A stretch of DNA of 64,000 bases from Tubiluchus corallicola (GCA_030141605.1 JAQGDQ010000264.1:248001-312000), one strand, 5' to 3'. Positions 27,362-60,936 are shown, counted from the first letter of the stretch. The notes: generated by a model not told the origin, from the letters alone. Numbers and translations are program-made.

Positions 27362-30300
27362 TTATCTCTTCGCCTTGACAATGTAACCTTTTGTTTTAAT
27401 TATGCCGCGTTGTCGAATCATCACAGAATAACGCACGACCCAGGATGCTTCCCAGTTTTTCCCAGCTTCCTCTCCGCAACGGGAGCTAACTATTCTCTGG
27501 AAATCATCAGACTTTAGAAACACTGAAACAAACAGATTTCAAAGAAACAATAATGCAGGTAAACAAACATCTTATAAAATTGATTTTTGATTTAACACTC
27601 AATAAACCTTCAAGGCCATAACGTGGCATTTTATTCAAACTGACTTAATTAAATGTAACCTTTTCACTTTTGTGCAACTTGTATTGTAACTGGCATAACA
27701 GAATATTTTGAGAATGCAACTTTGGCTATATGTACCATCAGTCTTACTGTCAAAACTGTAATTGCCACCACCATAGCCGTTGATACCCCCAGCTGCACCA
27801 TCACAAGTACCACCACTTTTGTCAACACTAGCTTCAACGCGTAATTTAAAAAGTAGTTTTGTTTTGTGTGGTAGTGATCTTGCAAATTATAGGATAGAAA
27901 ACTGACTACACTGTTTGAAGTGTACGTTCAGTGATAACTAATCTTTTCTGTCCACGTTTTTGACATTAGGTATTTTGTGGCCCATATATTAACTTGTTGG
28001 CCAACAGAGGACAGCACCGTCGTTTATTTTCAGTAGACTAATTCAAAAAGTGTGCCTAGCATGCACCGGTATCACTACTATTGAAGATGTGTCAGTTAAT
28101 TTGCAAGTTAAGTGTGACAGTAGTCTCGTCACATAGGCCAGTAAAATAGCATTTTCAAATCAAGAAATGTCAAGGGAAGTGTATACCTAAGAAGTACCAC
28201 ACTGTTAGATATAAATCATAAATTAACATAAAAGTACTGTAGTACCTTTGTGATCATTGTGTGAAAGCAGTTGAATGTCATTGTTCTTGGCAAATTCTAC
28301 GAGGTCTTCAGGCATCGTGCAACATAAAGCCAAGTTCCAATGATCTGTGTTGGGCTTCACCTAAATTGAAAAGACTGAATCAATTCAGGTCCAAATTCGT
28401 GAGCATGGTCATGTTTACACCCGCTCACCTGACCATGCCTGGTTTACTCATGTCAAAAACAGTACTGATTGTTACGCTAACATGCGATTGACCAATGCAC
28501 ATAGTGCTAATGATTAATTATTATCACTTGAATATAACGTGGTTCAGTGTGGTTTATTCATGTGTGACTGGGATTTTTCCCTAAATTCACATTTTATCTA
28601 CTATTTGGGCTCTTAGACAATCACAGCTTTTTAACCAAACAGTTGTCTGAGACACTACCTCAGATGTCTACCCTGCAAGTTTCATGACTTTAGCTACTAT
28701 AGTTTGAGAGTCATTCAATGTTGTGACTCAAACTGACCGAAGTGGTATTTACTCTCTAGTAGAGCCTTTGATCGAGTCATCACTCACCATGCCATACTGT
28801 TGTCTATACCCCTATCCTAGTGTTTACCCTCCAAGTTTTAATAACCTAGTGGTTCAGCCATTTGCATTTGAAAGTTAACATGAATTAAAACTGGATTCCC
28901 AAAACATAAAGATGAAAATAAAGGAAAAATCAGCAATATGGGTTGCCTTAAAATTCACTGCTCAGGAATTAAAAACTGTTCAGGAATGTACTGTGCAATT
29001 ACGCATTTATTATGATATCAAATGAAATAAGTTTAGTAACATCTTAAGCATTTTAAATAGAATAGCAAATAAAAGAAATAAAATGTCAAAACTAAGAAAA
29101 TTTATATATAGTCAATAGAATGACAAAACCAAATAATCAGTTTTACACTTTTTTCTTTTTCGCAAAACATTTTGCAAACCTGCATTTAAGATACACTTTT
29201 CACGCACCTACCTTTGCCCAATTAAATAATTCTTCAAGCTTCTTCTTGTCTAAATCACTAACGCCTAATGAAAGTACTTTGTCACTGGCCACAAGTTCTT
29301 CCAGAACCAACCAAAATGGTTTAATTTGCTCCAATGGAATCTCTTCTTCTAAAAATTCCTCTTGAGGAAATGCAATGATTAGAGAGTCTATAGAGTTGGC
29401 TCCAAGATCACACAGTGCTAAAAAGAAAACCAATCACAATTATTGAAAGTGCAAGAAAAGTGTGAAAAGAGGAAGCCATATTTTCTTATTTTTTCATCAA
29501 CTTTTTTATCAGCAAAGATAATTTCTGAGCATCTGTCATCCGACAAGTAATTTTTATCGAACAAATAAAAATAATCCATTAAATCTAACAAAAAAAAATA
29601 ACAAATAAAAAGCCCTGCTTTTTGATTGCCCACAACACATTTACCTTCGTGTATAAGAGAATAGTGCTTGAGGCTTTTCTGTGCAGTATTTTTTATTTGT
29701 ATTATATACATTGTAGGCCCTTTCACTAGATATTGTATATGTAACCTGTAAATGTGTATGGTGAAATAAATGACTTAATGACTTAAAAAAAAAATTGTCA
29801 AATAAAAGGTCTGAAATTGCACAAAAGCTGCAGCTGGGCAACGTGTTAAATAAAAAAGAAACTGATGAACTGGGTCATTTAATCTGCATAAACCTTTCAC
29901 ATTTCATTTTTGCTAAGCGCACGCGCAGTTACCATAGGTCAAAGGTTAGCTGAACCCAGCGCCTCTTACTTAACTACAATGGTCACGTGACCTTATGTAG
30001 GAGAAAACGGGTGAAACGTGTGAATATTTTTATTACACGCTACATACTTTTAAACTAACATGTTATTCTTATCCTTACTTGTTATACTAGCAAATAGTAG
30101 CAGCAATCCATGAAAAATGAAATAAATGAAGCAAAAATTAATGCCAAGAAATGTTATTAGTACAACTGCATGGGGCTCGAGGTGTCAAGTGTAAACAAAT
30201 GCATTGTTTGGTTCAAATAATGCTGCTAAGTTCACTTAACCTGGGACCTTTTCACGATCATCATCAATTGTTGGAACTGTGAAAATGCTTATTGTCAAAT

Positions 30301-32475
30301 GACTGCACAAAAAGGTCTGAAATTGCAGAAAAGTTGCAGCCAGGCAACATGACATAAAATGAAACTAATGTGCTGGGTCAGTTAATCAGAATTAACTAAA
30401 AAAAAAACAATGTTGAAGTCAACTCTTTAAGTAGCTGAATCCAAGTCAAATTCTTGAAGTTCAAGTTCAAGTAATTTATAATTAACAGCAACATCCAAAG
30501 CTACATATTATTATTACTTACTTCTTGCCACACCTTCTCTCAGTGCTTTACTATCCCATTCATGTAGAAACAACTTGACTGCAAAAAACAGATTAATACA
30601 TCAATATTTCACTCAGTAGGAGTCAACATTTTAGTGTCTTAAGTATTTCTTAATTTGCTAAAGAATAAGAAGCTCAGTAATTATTCTTTTTCATAACTGC
30701 AGACCCAAATCAGCAAGTTTGGATAACGGCTAATAAAGTTTGAAATTTGGCTACATACTTCAATTATACAGTAGTCGCCGCTTAATAGACTCACTTTGGG
30801 ACCGACGTGTTTTGACTATTAACCGATGGGTGTAGTATTACAGGTATAGAAGTGTGAGTCATCAGCTTAATATGCACTGCAAAGGTTTTTAATGAATTTT
30901 ATAAATGAAGTAATGCCTAAATTTCTATGTGCAGTTAAAAATTAGAAAAAAATTTAAAATATTAATTTATATAAGTGAATTAGCAATAAACAGAAGGTAT
31001 ACTTTTCTAAATCACAGACTTTTCTAAGTCTGTTTATTTGCAAAAATTCCTTCAAAGTCGGCTGCTTCATTTTCTCGCGAAGAAGTCGGCCAGCAATGAA
31101 AATCTGTTGTGCTTGACTAAAACAGTTCTGAATCTGAATAGCTTCCAGAAATTCTTTGGGTGACGAGGTTAATTGCAGTGGACGAGGGGGTAACAGATTC
31201 AAAGCAAGACCGCTACGCTAGCCTATTAGCACATAATAAACGTACGTGCTTACAAACAAAACGGTACTTAACATGATTGTTTCTACATATATAATGCACA
31301 AAAGGGAAGTAAAAAGATGACATAAAAGTAGGAAAGGTTCTTTGGGTACATACAAATATGTTATTTTAAGTAGGTGAAGGAAAAATATTGAGTCAATTAG
31401 GCAAAGTTATTTTAGTCAATTACTGATAGTTTTTATGTATATTTGAATAGAAGTGGCCAGTTCCAGGCATTTTTGAGTCAATTAAGCGGCTGAGTCTATT
31501 AACCGTGAGTCTATTAAGCGGCGACTACTGTATAACAGAACTTTTCAATATAACTATTTCAAAATGAGTGACGTGACAATTATTATACAAATTTATTAAT
31601 ACTTGAGTCACAATGGACCCTATTAACTATTTTATTTTTTGCGCAGGATGACTAATTACCTTAATACAGTCTAGTACCAAAACAAACTACACCATTCCGA
31701 TGATGCAACACAACAAGTTTACTTAATTACTAGACTGTTCAGAATTCTGTACACAAAAACAGCTAAAATCTGAGATAACTTTATTTAATAATTCCCCTAA
31801 CACTAGGTTTCTCTTAAATCATCACACAATCAATATACGAAAACTTTGCAGGAGAAAACACCACTTACCAGAGAGCTTTAAGTGATCTCGTTCTGAATCT
31901 TGTATCTTCTGTATATATTTTCTATTACACACTTCCACAAGGTCTTCTGTCTAAAAGCAACACCAACATACATAAAATACCAAAAAATTATTCTGATCAA
32001 AAACAAACGAAGGCTGTGCACTGATGTATTACTGTCACTGCCTAAGCACAGCAGGCTAGCACTGTCGAATCCTGGTAATGTGATTTTCAAGGGAGCAAAA
32101 TATTTTTTGTAAGCGTGTTTTGTACTACTCACCACGTACATTTTTATTGTACTACAAGTCATATGCTACATCTAATGTAAAATAGCAGTAATGAACTGGT
32201 CAGTAGTCTCTACATCAGTCTTCTTTTCAAATAAACACAATTATTTAGCCCACCATTCACCAGAGCTACTTTCATTGTCTGTACTGGCAGCTAGGCTGTA
32301 TTGAGTTGAGATAAGCTGGCCAATGTTATCAGCTACATTGCTGCACAACTAGCGCTTATTATAAACTAAAGTACACTAACGGCTAGTGCTACACGAGAGA
32401 AAAATTTATAAATTTTAGAAATAACATTGGAGATTTCGGGGCAGTTTAACACCAGAGAGTGAAACAGAAAAACGA

Positions 32476-32523
<48 letters not shown>

Positions 32524-32538
32524 AGGGAGGGAGAGGGA

Positions 32539-32603
<65 letters not shown>

Positions 32604-34509
32604 AGGCAATTACAATTAACTCCCATCACTTATCTTTTATTTATTTTATCTATTTTATATCTAATTTATTAGAACAATTTTATTATAATTATAAGGCATT
32701 ATAATGTCCAGTTTGCTATCATTATAAACATTTCAGAAGTTGTTAGTCAATGATCATCAGATCATTGAAAATCGTATTGTGTTTGTTTGTTAAAATTATA
32801 CTGGCCTGACTTTGGGAAAACATCGTACAAGACGGTGTTTAGGAACAACGAGCTTCATGGTAACCTTAAGCGATTACAAAGTTTATTATAAGCTTATATA
32901 TTATCAGGGACAAATGAAAATCATCGTACTACTGAGAGTTTAATTATAAGGTAAATCATACTACCGGGATTTGACTATAATATGACAGCTACAAAATTAG
33001 CTTTTAAATGAGTATCAAAAAATGCAGCCTCAAATTACTTACACCGGTTACATGGCTCAATTACAGTGAAACTAAATGTAATAATGATGTGTAAATGTAT
33101 AATGCGAGTCTGATACGTGCATACCCACATTCAATAAAAAACAATTTAAAATGACACTAGTCTAGCAAGAATTCAACAAAAGTGAAAACTACAAGTGTAG
33201 ATCACAGAAATCCATCGGCTTCATCGGAAGTGTGACTCAACAGAGTCATAAATATTACACGTAACTGTCGACTTACGTCTAGTCAGTTCTGGCTGACTGG
33301 TCGTAACACGACTTGGACGCATGTCAGACCTGTATTTTCAAGTGGTGTATGCTTACACGTAAGATGTTCTGTGTGCATTCGCACTACGACGACGCCTACA
33401 GATGAATTTATTGAAACAGATAGCGATTTAAAATTAATTTGCATAAAAAAAAGGAGGGAATATGAGTTATAATTAGCTTTGTACAATTAATTAATTAAGT
33501 TGTGGTCGGTCGTAAAGTCGAACAGTCGTAAGATGCATAGGCTATGAGTTGAGAATCACCTGTATATTTAAAGTGTTTTAGGTCAAATGTTCTTAGTCAA
33601 TGAGCCTCAACAATTGCTTTAACCTAAAGCCAATTGGTCCCTCAACAAGATTCATCATTTCTAAGCTAATTTCTACCACATCAATAATCTCTTCATCAAA
33701 CGTATGCTTGAAATGTCTACAGGGGAGTTTAGACCAGCGTTGGAACATCTACGTTTTTATCTAGTTAAATAAATAAAAGCAACAGTGAATAAATTATTAA
33801 AAAAACTCTGTTAACTCCTTTATTTTACAATGTAATTAGCTCCGCATTTAAAATTCTGACCAAAAATGTGTTTACTGTATTTTAGCCCAATTTTATGGCA
33901 TCTCATGTTTTCTCCAAAACAATTTCGTAAAGGCAAGGCAATGTTTTCTTGCAAAAATATTTGTTCCAATGTTGAACTGGAATTAAAAAGTTTATAATAA
34001 AACAGTTGAAACTTTTTACATTTATTTGCTACTCACTCTTATTAAATATTTACAATACAATGTCTAAGTGGTTACATGACAACACTAACACTATTTTATT
34101 TGCTCAGTTTATCTTATGCTTTTTTGCAAAAAGGTTTCTGACTAAACCAAAATCCCAAGCCATTCGACATGGAAAATACCGGTACATATTAAGATAATCT
34201 GAAAATTCAGACAATCCCGGAAAAAAAAAAGATATTTGGCAAGTCCAACAAGTTGAGAAATTACTAATGACTTATTATTACAGAGAAACCACTAGGCCAA
34301 GTCAGTGTGATTTGGCCTAAAAAACAAAAAGTGACTGAGTTTCATAATGTATAACTGCCTGGAAATATTATAGTCTGAAGTCTACTACTATGTAAAAACC
34401 GTAAAAAATAATTTACCTGCAAATCCAGTGTTCTTGTACACTGTTCATGGGTATCATCCACAAAGCTGTCCAACCAAGTGTCCAGTGTGGCAGCAATGCT
34501 CTCTAAAAG
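27362..34509 (-). CDS. GCLM: Glutamate-cysteine ligase regulatory (modifier) subunit, six exons equivalent to canonical exons 2-7, 237 aa; first exon not identified
   Basis: Exons 34509-34417 (LLESIAATLDTWLDSF...), 31950-31869 (TEDLVEVCNRKYIQKIQDSERDHLKLS), 30578-30522 (VKLFLHEWDSKALREGVAR), 29417-29212 (LCDLGANSIDSLIIAFP...LGVSDLDKKKLEELFNWAK), 28360-28246 (VKPNTDHWNLALCCTMPEDLVEFAKNNDIQLLSHNDHK), 27522-27362 (...WVVRYSVMIRQRGIIKTKGYIVKAKR-TAA). GT-AG, phases 0/1/1/0/1. Confidence 0.93.
30769..31530. mobile_element. pogo/Tigger-like non-autonomous DNA transposon in a GCLM intron
   Basis: Perfect 26-bp TIR CAGTAGTCGCCGCTTAATAGACTCAC with TA TSD; internal minus-strand remnant containing KMKQPTLKEFL. 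Confidence 0.9.
32481..32601. repeat. (GA)n microsatellite
   Basis: Direct observation; explains the ER/LS-rich ORFs. Confidence 0.98.
33258..33562. mobile_element. Decayed Tigger-like MITE
   Basis: Left CACGTAACTGTCGACTTACG, right GAGTTGAGAATCACCTG followed by TA; internal GTCGTAA/CTTACG subterminal repeats. Confidence 0.5.
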
Positions 34510-34859
34510 CTAATCAAATTACTTGTTAACTATTAAGCCAGTTTTAAATTTGTCTACCATTCGACATGGAAAATCGACACAGGTCTATCAATGCTGTTTC
34601 ACATTAGATGACTAATGTTAGATAGCATAAACAGACCTCAGCTTAACCTTGCAAAGAGCCCTTATATAAGCCAAATAAATAAGTATGGATAAAATTTTCA
34701 CTTCACACTTACAGAAAAAATTACAAGTGACTTCAGCTTCTTACTAACTTACTTTTTGGGATTTTTGCTTAACTATAAGTGAATATATTGGGCAACCGCA
34801 CTTTCAACCAACAGCAATACATCTAATAAATGTTAATACTTCGTTAGTTACGTATTACT

Positions 34860-35303
34860 CACAACACTTATACTGGTAACAATTACAATAATTGTACATA
34901 AACACACAACACTTATACTGGTAATCATTACAATAATTGTACATAAACACACAACACTTATACTGGTAATCATTACAATAATTGTACATAAACACACAAC
35001 ACTTATACTGGTAATCATTACAATAATTGTACATAAACACACAACACTTATACTGGTAACAATTACAATAATTGTACATAAACACACAACACTTATACTG
35101 GTAATCATTACAATAATTGTACATAAACACACAACACTTATACTGGTAATCATTACAATAATTGTACATAAACACACAACACTTATACTGGTAATCATTA
35201 CAATAATTGTACATAAACAGACAACACTTATACTGGTAATCATTACAATAATTGTACATAAACACAAAGCACTTGTACTGGTAATCATTACAATAATTGT
35301 ACA
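34860..35303. repeat. 42-bp minisatellite, ~10.5 copies
   Basis: Unit CACAACACTTATACTGGTAATCATTACAATAATTGTACATAAA-like; 14-residue period in the overlapping ORFs. Confidence 0.97.
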
Positions 35304-35702
35304 AACTCGCAAAATAGAATCTTGCAAGAATCATAATCATTTGGAGGACTGTGATCAGGCTATTCCGATTGATGGTCATACCCATTTTGAGAGGCAACAG
35401 TTTCTAGTACTTTTTACCCTAGTTAATGACTTGTTATACATTCTTTGCACAATAATAGATTTCAAACTATGTGGAGCTTGTGTCACCATCTGTTGAAATT
35501 ATTGTTGAACTAACAGAAGCTTCTGCACCGTTAAGGTCACGATGCATTTATTTGTAATAACAATGATATTTCACACGTAACTATCATGTTTTGAATGAAC
35601 TTTTATACACATATTGAAGTGCAAGAAAATATAATGAAATTTCGCATAGGACTTTTTCTTTTAAGTTTTAAAAGTGAAACAATAGAGGCATGTTTATCCT
35701 CA

Positions 35703-37065
35703 GTCAGCTCATGCATTAGTGTTTCATGACTGCTAGACAGTTCATGCATTAGTGTTTCACGACTGCTAGAAAGCTCATGCATTGGTGTTTCATGACTGCT
35801 AGAAAGCTCATGCATCAGTGTTTCACGACTGCTAGACAGGTCATGCATTAGTGTTTCACGACTGCTAGACAGCTCATGCATTAGTGTTTCACGACTGCTA
35901 GACAGCTCATGCATTAGTGTTTCACGACTGCTAGACAGCTCATGCATTAGTGTTTCACGACTGCTAGACAGCTCATGCATTAGTGTTTCACGACTGTTAG
36001 AAAGCTCATGCATTAGCGTTTCACGACTGTTAGAAAGCTCATGCATTAGTGTTTCACGACTCCTAGACAGCTCATGCATTAGTGTTTCACGACTGCTAGA
36101 CAGCTCATGCATTAGTGTTTCACGACTGCTAGACAGGTCATGCATTAGTGTTTCACGACTGCTAGACAGCTCATGCATTAGTGTTTCACGACTCCTAGAC
36201 AGCTCATGCATTAGTGTTTCACGACTGCTAGACAGCTCATGCATTAGTGTTTCACGACTGCTAGACAGGTCATGCATTAGTGTTTCACGACTGCTAGACA
36301 GCTCATGCATTAGTGTTTCACGACTGCTAGACAGCTCATGCATTAGTGTTTCACGACTGCTAGACAGCTCATGCATTAGTGTTTCACGACTGCTAGACAG
36401 CTCATGCATTGGTGTTTCACGACTGCTAGTCAGCTCATGCATTAGTGTTTCACGACTGCTAGACAGCTCATGCATTAGTGTTTCACGACTGCTAGCCAGC
36501 TCATGCATTGGTGTTTCACGACTGCTAGTCAGCTCATGCATTAGTGTTTCGCTCATGCATTGGTCTTTCACGACTGCTAGACAGCTCATGCATTAGTGTT
36601 TCACGACTGCTAGACAGCTCATGCATTAGAGTTTCACGACTGCTAGTCAGCTCATGCATTAGTGTTTCACGAATGCTAGACAGCTCATGCATTAGTGTTT
36701 CACGACTGCTAGTCAGCTCATGCATTAGTGTTTCGCTCATGCATTGGTGTTTCACGACTGCTAGCCAGCTCATGCATTGGTGTTTCACGACTGCTAGCCA
36801 GCTCATGCATTAGTGTTTCCCGACTGCTAGACAGCTCATGCATTAGTGTTTCATGACTGCTAGAAAGCTCATGCATTAGTGTTTCACGACTGCTAGACAG
36901 CTCATGCATTAGTGTTTCATGACTGCTAGACAGCTCGACAATTAGTGTTTCACGACTGCTAGTCAGCTCATGCATTAGTGCTTCACGACTGCTAGACAGC
37001 TCATGCATTAGTGTTTCACGACTGCTAGACAGCTCACGCATTAGTGTTTCACGACTGCCAGACAG
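35703..37065. repeat. 33-bp minisatellite, ~41 copies
   Basis: Unit CAGCTCATGCATTAGTGTTTCACGACTGCTAGA; two internal truncated units near 36550 and 36735. Confidence 0.98.
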
Positions 37066-37410
37066 GAAGTTTCATGCAGTGAATGTTGTCAGTTTCGAAC
37101 TGAACTTGCATGCTTAAACTCTCTTAAACATTGACATCTACTGAGTGCAGTAAAGGTGGCACCACTAACCACTAGCTTGTACTATTGACAAAAACTTTCT
37201 TAAAATGAAATGCAAATAAATATGTTGATTTTTTCAAGAGAAATTTCGCTACCCGTCGTACATTATTACAAGCAATTGTTCGTTACTGTCAGAAAGAAAT
37301 CATTGGAATGACAGAGGAAAGTCTCAATGGACACCTCGGGCCTTGAACCAGGGACTTCTGTTAACCGCCATGTTTAAAAACACTTCTAGAAGGGCAATGC
37401 TGAAACTTAC

Positions 37411-42783
<5,373 letters not shown>

Positions 42784-43679
42784 AGCCACAAAAATAATTT
42801 TTGGGGATTAATAAGTATTATTTGGTAGCTTTGCAAATTTGCAAAACGACAAAAACATGTTACATTTGTTTATGTTCATTGAGTGCCACCTATCACCAAT
42901 TTATACAACTACTAACAATTCAGTTTGATTTAATGCTGTTTATTGTACATACGCTGTACAAAATTCGGTTAAAAAATTCTTAAACTGGCCGTGGTTGGTA
43001 ATTTTTTTAGCACAAGCAGTGTAAAAAAGTGAAACAAAAAGTGCAGAAAAATCTTTTACATGGTTCTGGCACTTGTTAAATCCTACACCTTATAATAATG
43101 ACATGAACTTAATTGATGGTAGCATCACATTTTATAATTCATCATTTTTACACATTTTTATCATGCTTTTTATATTCCTGCTACAGTTACTGTTTTCCAC
43201 TAGTATTAATCTTGTTTTCCATGTTCCAAGATTAATCCTGTTTTCTCGGTTCAAATGTATACTTAAGTTATTAAACTCTTTTGCACATGAGTATGAAGTT
43301 AGCACATGTGCAGATCCTAACGCGTTTTTAGTAAACCTGCACATAATGAAGAATTAGACTCTACATCCACAGCCATATAGCCTGTTTCGAAGCTCTTCTA
43401 AGCTCTTTAATGGACAAAAATACGGGCTTAGTACAACAATTTTTTAAAAATAATAAAAAAACCAAATTAGCGAGTTTATTTCAAGGTAATCAAGGATAAT
43501 AGCCACTGAGTTTTAGAATAATATCAAATATTAGCTTAACCATTAAATCAATTCGCATTAATACATTACATACGCTGTTGGATGGTACCTATCATATAAT
43601 GTTCATGTGTTACTCCATCAGTATAACGCTATTGAACAGCTAAAATTTAAGTAACAACCTTGGCCAAAATGGCCTTACA

Positions 43680-44181
43680 CAGGGGTGTGCAAATTATCTG
43701 ACTAGCCGAGCCACATTAAACTTTCCCGCAAATCCTGCGGGCCACATGCAGTTTGATCAAGGAGCCAAGTACAGAAAGGCCTAATAACGATTTTTTTTGC
43801 ATCCGACCTGCGTACATCATTACTACTGCACTCAAGAAACTATTTTAGAAGTTATTAAAATTTATATTGCAAACCATATATTTCTACTTTCAGGACAGAT
43901 AGTAGTAATTTCATTACAATGCATATTAGTAATGTGTATCACACAGTCTGTGTAGTACAGTGACATTAAGCTACAACCGTCTTGTAAGGGTCAATGGCAT
44001 CCGATCTAGTAGAAAAAACTACCCGCACTATCTTTGGGATCGTGGCACGGACTTCAGCTGGATGCACTTCAATTAATCGCCCGGGCTGCACTTTCATTAA
44101 GTTGACAAATCTCTTCGCGGGCCGCACAAATTCTCTCGGCAGGCCACAAGTGGCCCGCGGACCACAATTTGCACACCCCTG
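43680..44181 (+). mobile_element. hAT-type MITE family A, copy 2
   Basis: Same TIRs and interior as copy 1; flanks CCTTACAC/CCTTAAAC. Confidence 0.92.
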
Positions 44182-44962
44182 CCTTAAACCATTAATAAGT
44201 AAACATTGATTCATTAGGTAAACGTGGATGGCAGATAGCAAATAGGCTACTGTACAATTTGTTAAATATTGTCATTGTTAAGAAACGAGTTTGAACTAAT
44301 TACTCATATCAAGTATACTCTATATGTAGTTGAAAAAATCGTAAAGCAATATGAAATTGTACAATAATAATTTATTATAACACAACAGAAAAATTATCAC
44401 AGCAAACATGTATGGATGTCAAAGAAATATTGGACGGATTGTTTATGATCTTGTATTCATAGTTTTTCATGAAAATGAACATTTCAGACAGAGTAACCAA
44501 GTAACTATAAATTTAACAAGAAGTAAACGTTATTATAAGGTTACTATAGTTGCTAAATGACTCTGTGATAAATGTAAACACAAAATAACATGCCGTAATC
44601 ACAAACAATAAAACAACGAGTGGTAAATAATAATAGAAGTCGTTTTCGTTTAGGAGGTTCTACTTCAATAAAGCAGTAGCATCACATAAAAAAGAAATTT
44701 ATGAAAAACAATAGCTAGTAAACAAGGTGTTAGAACATACTGATAAGATAATGGAATGAAGCAACAATTATTGCCTCTGCTACGAAGGTTGTACTCTCAT
44801 TACTGTATGCTTGTTACGTAAAAACATGCAAAATCAGTTTCCATAACATTTTTTGGAGGATGGGGCAAAGAACAAGGAAGTTTTCAATTTTGGCAATGAC
44901 CAGTTAAGAACTGGGAAACGAAACAAAATTTTTCATTCACGAAAGACTTGAGGGGAAAATTC

Positions 44963-45150
44963 TGTGTTGATGTCACAATATGGTGTGTTGATGTCACAAT
45001 ATGCTGTGTTGATGTCACAATATGGTGTGTTGATGTCACAATATGCTGTGTTGATGTCACAATATGGTGTGTTGATGTCACAATATGCTGTGTTGATGTC
45101 ACAATATGGTGTGTTGATGTCACAATATGCTGTGTTGATGTCACAATATG
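44963..45150. repeat. 21-bp minisatellite x9 with alternating variants (42-bp higher-order unit)
   Basis: TGTGTTGATGTCACAATATGG alternates strictly with ...ATGC. Confidence 0.97.
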
Positions 45151-45820
45151 GAGGGGCAGAAAAATTGTAAAAACCAAGAATGAACTTCATAAGTTAGGTG
45201 ACATTAGAAAAACCGACGAGGTATAGTTTAGAAAATCACACCCAACAAACTCTGGTGGAAATCTGAGTTCTACTGAATGCCTCCTTGTTGAAATATTGAA
45301 ATCAAATTTGACCGAAAAGCAGGAAATGCGAGAAATCAGGGACTTAGTCTAAATTTGAACCAGGGTTTGAATCGTAAACCCAACATCAGGAGCACACAGC
45401 CCTTTGCAATTATGGCTGATATTAATTTAATCAACTAATGAACACTTTATGTTAAACTACTTACTACTTAATTACAATATTTCTCGTAAATAATTACAGC
45501 CTGGAATAAGGCATAGTTAATTATTCATAAGCTGGATTTCGAGTATAACGGTTTATTGAAGCCAAAATAATCCAAAGGTTCCTAGTTCAAATCTTGGCTT
45601 GGTCCAAAATTATTCACATATCGTTGCTTTCAGAATGCTGACAGGATCTTTTGCTGTCATCAAAGAGACTTTTTTCTTCAATATTACAGTTAGAGTTGCT
45701 AACACCACAGACAGACATGTCGACAAATCATAATCAAGAGGTTAGATAGTATTCAAAATATTGCCAAAAGATGGCAGCAACATCACGGAATGAAACATCA
45801 CTGACAGTTCTCGTCCGGCT

Positions 45821-60936
<15,116 letters not shown>

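Noticed and set aside
31878-32162. ORF with LFLIRIIFWYFMYVGVAFRQ resembling the missing RNF170 C-terminus
   Set aside because: Lacks the DLPTLL, SPLD/PEA and DD motifs. It is a T-rich intron end overlapping the GCLM exon in another frame.
33594-33760. DVPTLV peptide and a short ORF (MFQRWSKLP...) as the possible next RNF170 exon
   Set aside because: DVPTLV is followed at once by a stop and is out of phase with the preceding AG; the other frame has no recognisable homology.
35603-37041. 328-aa and neighbouring ORFs of SSRETLMHEL repeats
   Set aside because: Simply the 33-bp minisatellite read in a stop-free frame; no splice signals or domain, and frames break at truncated units.
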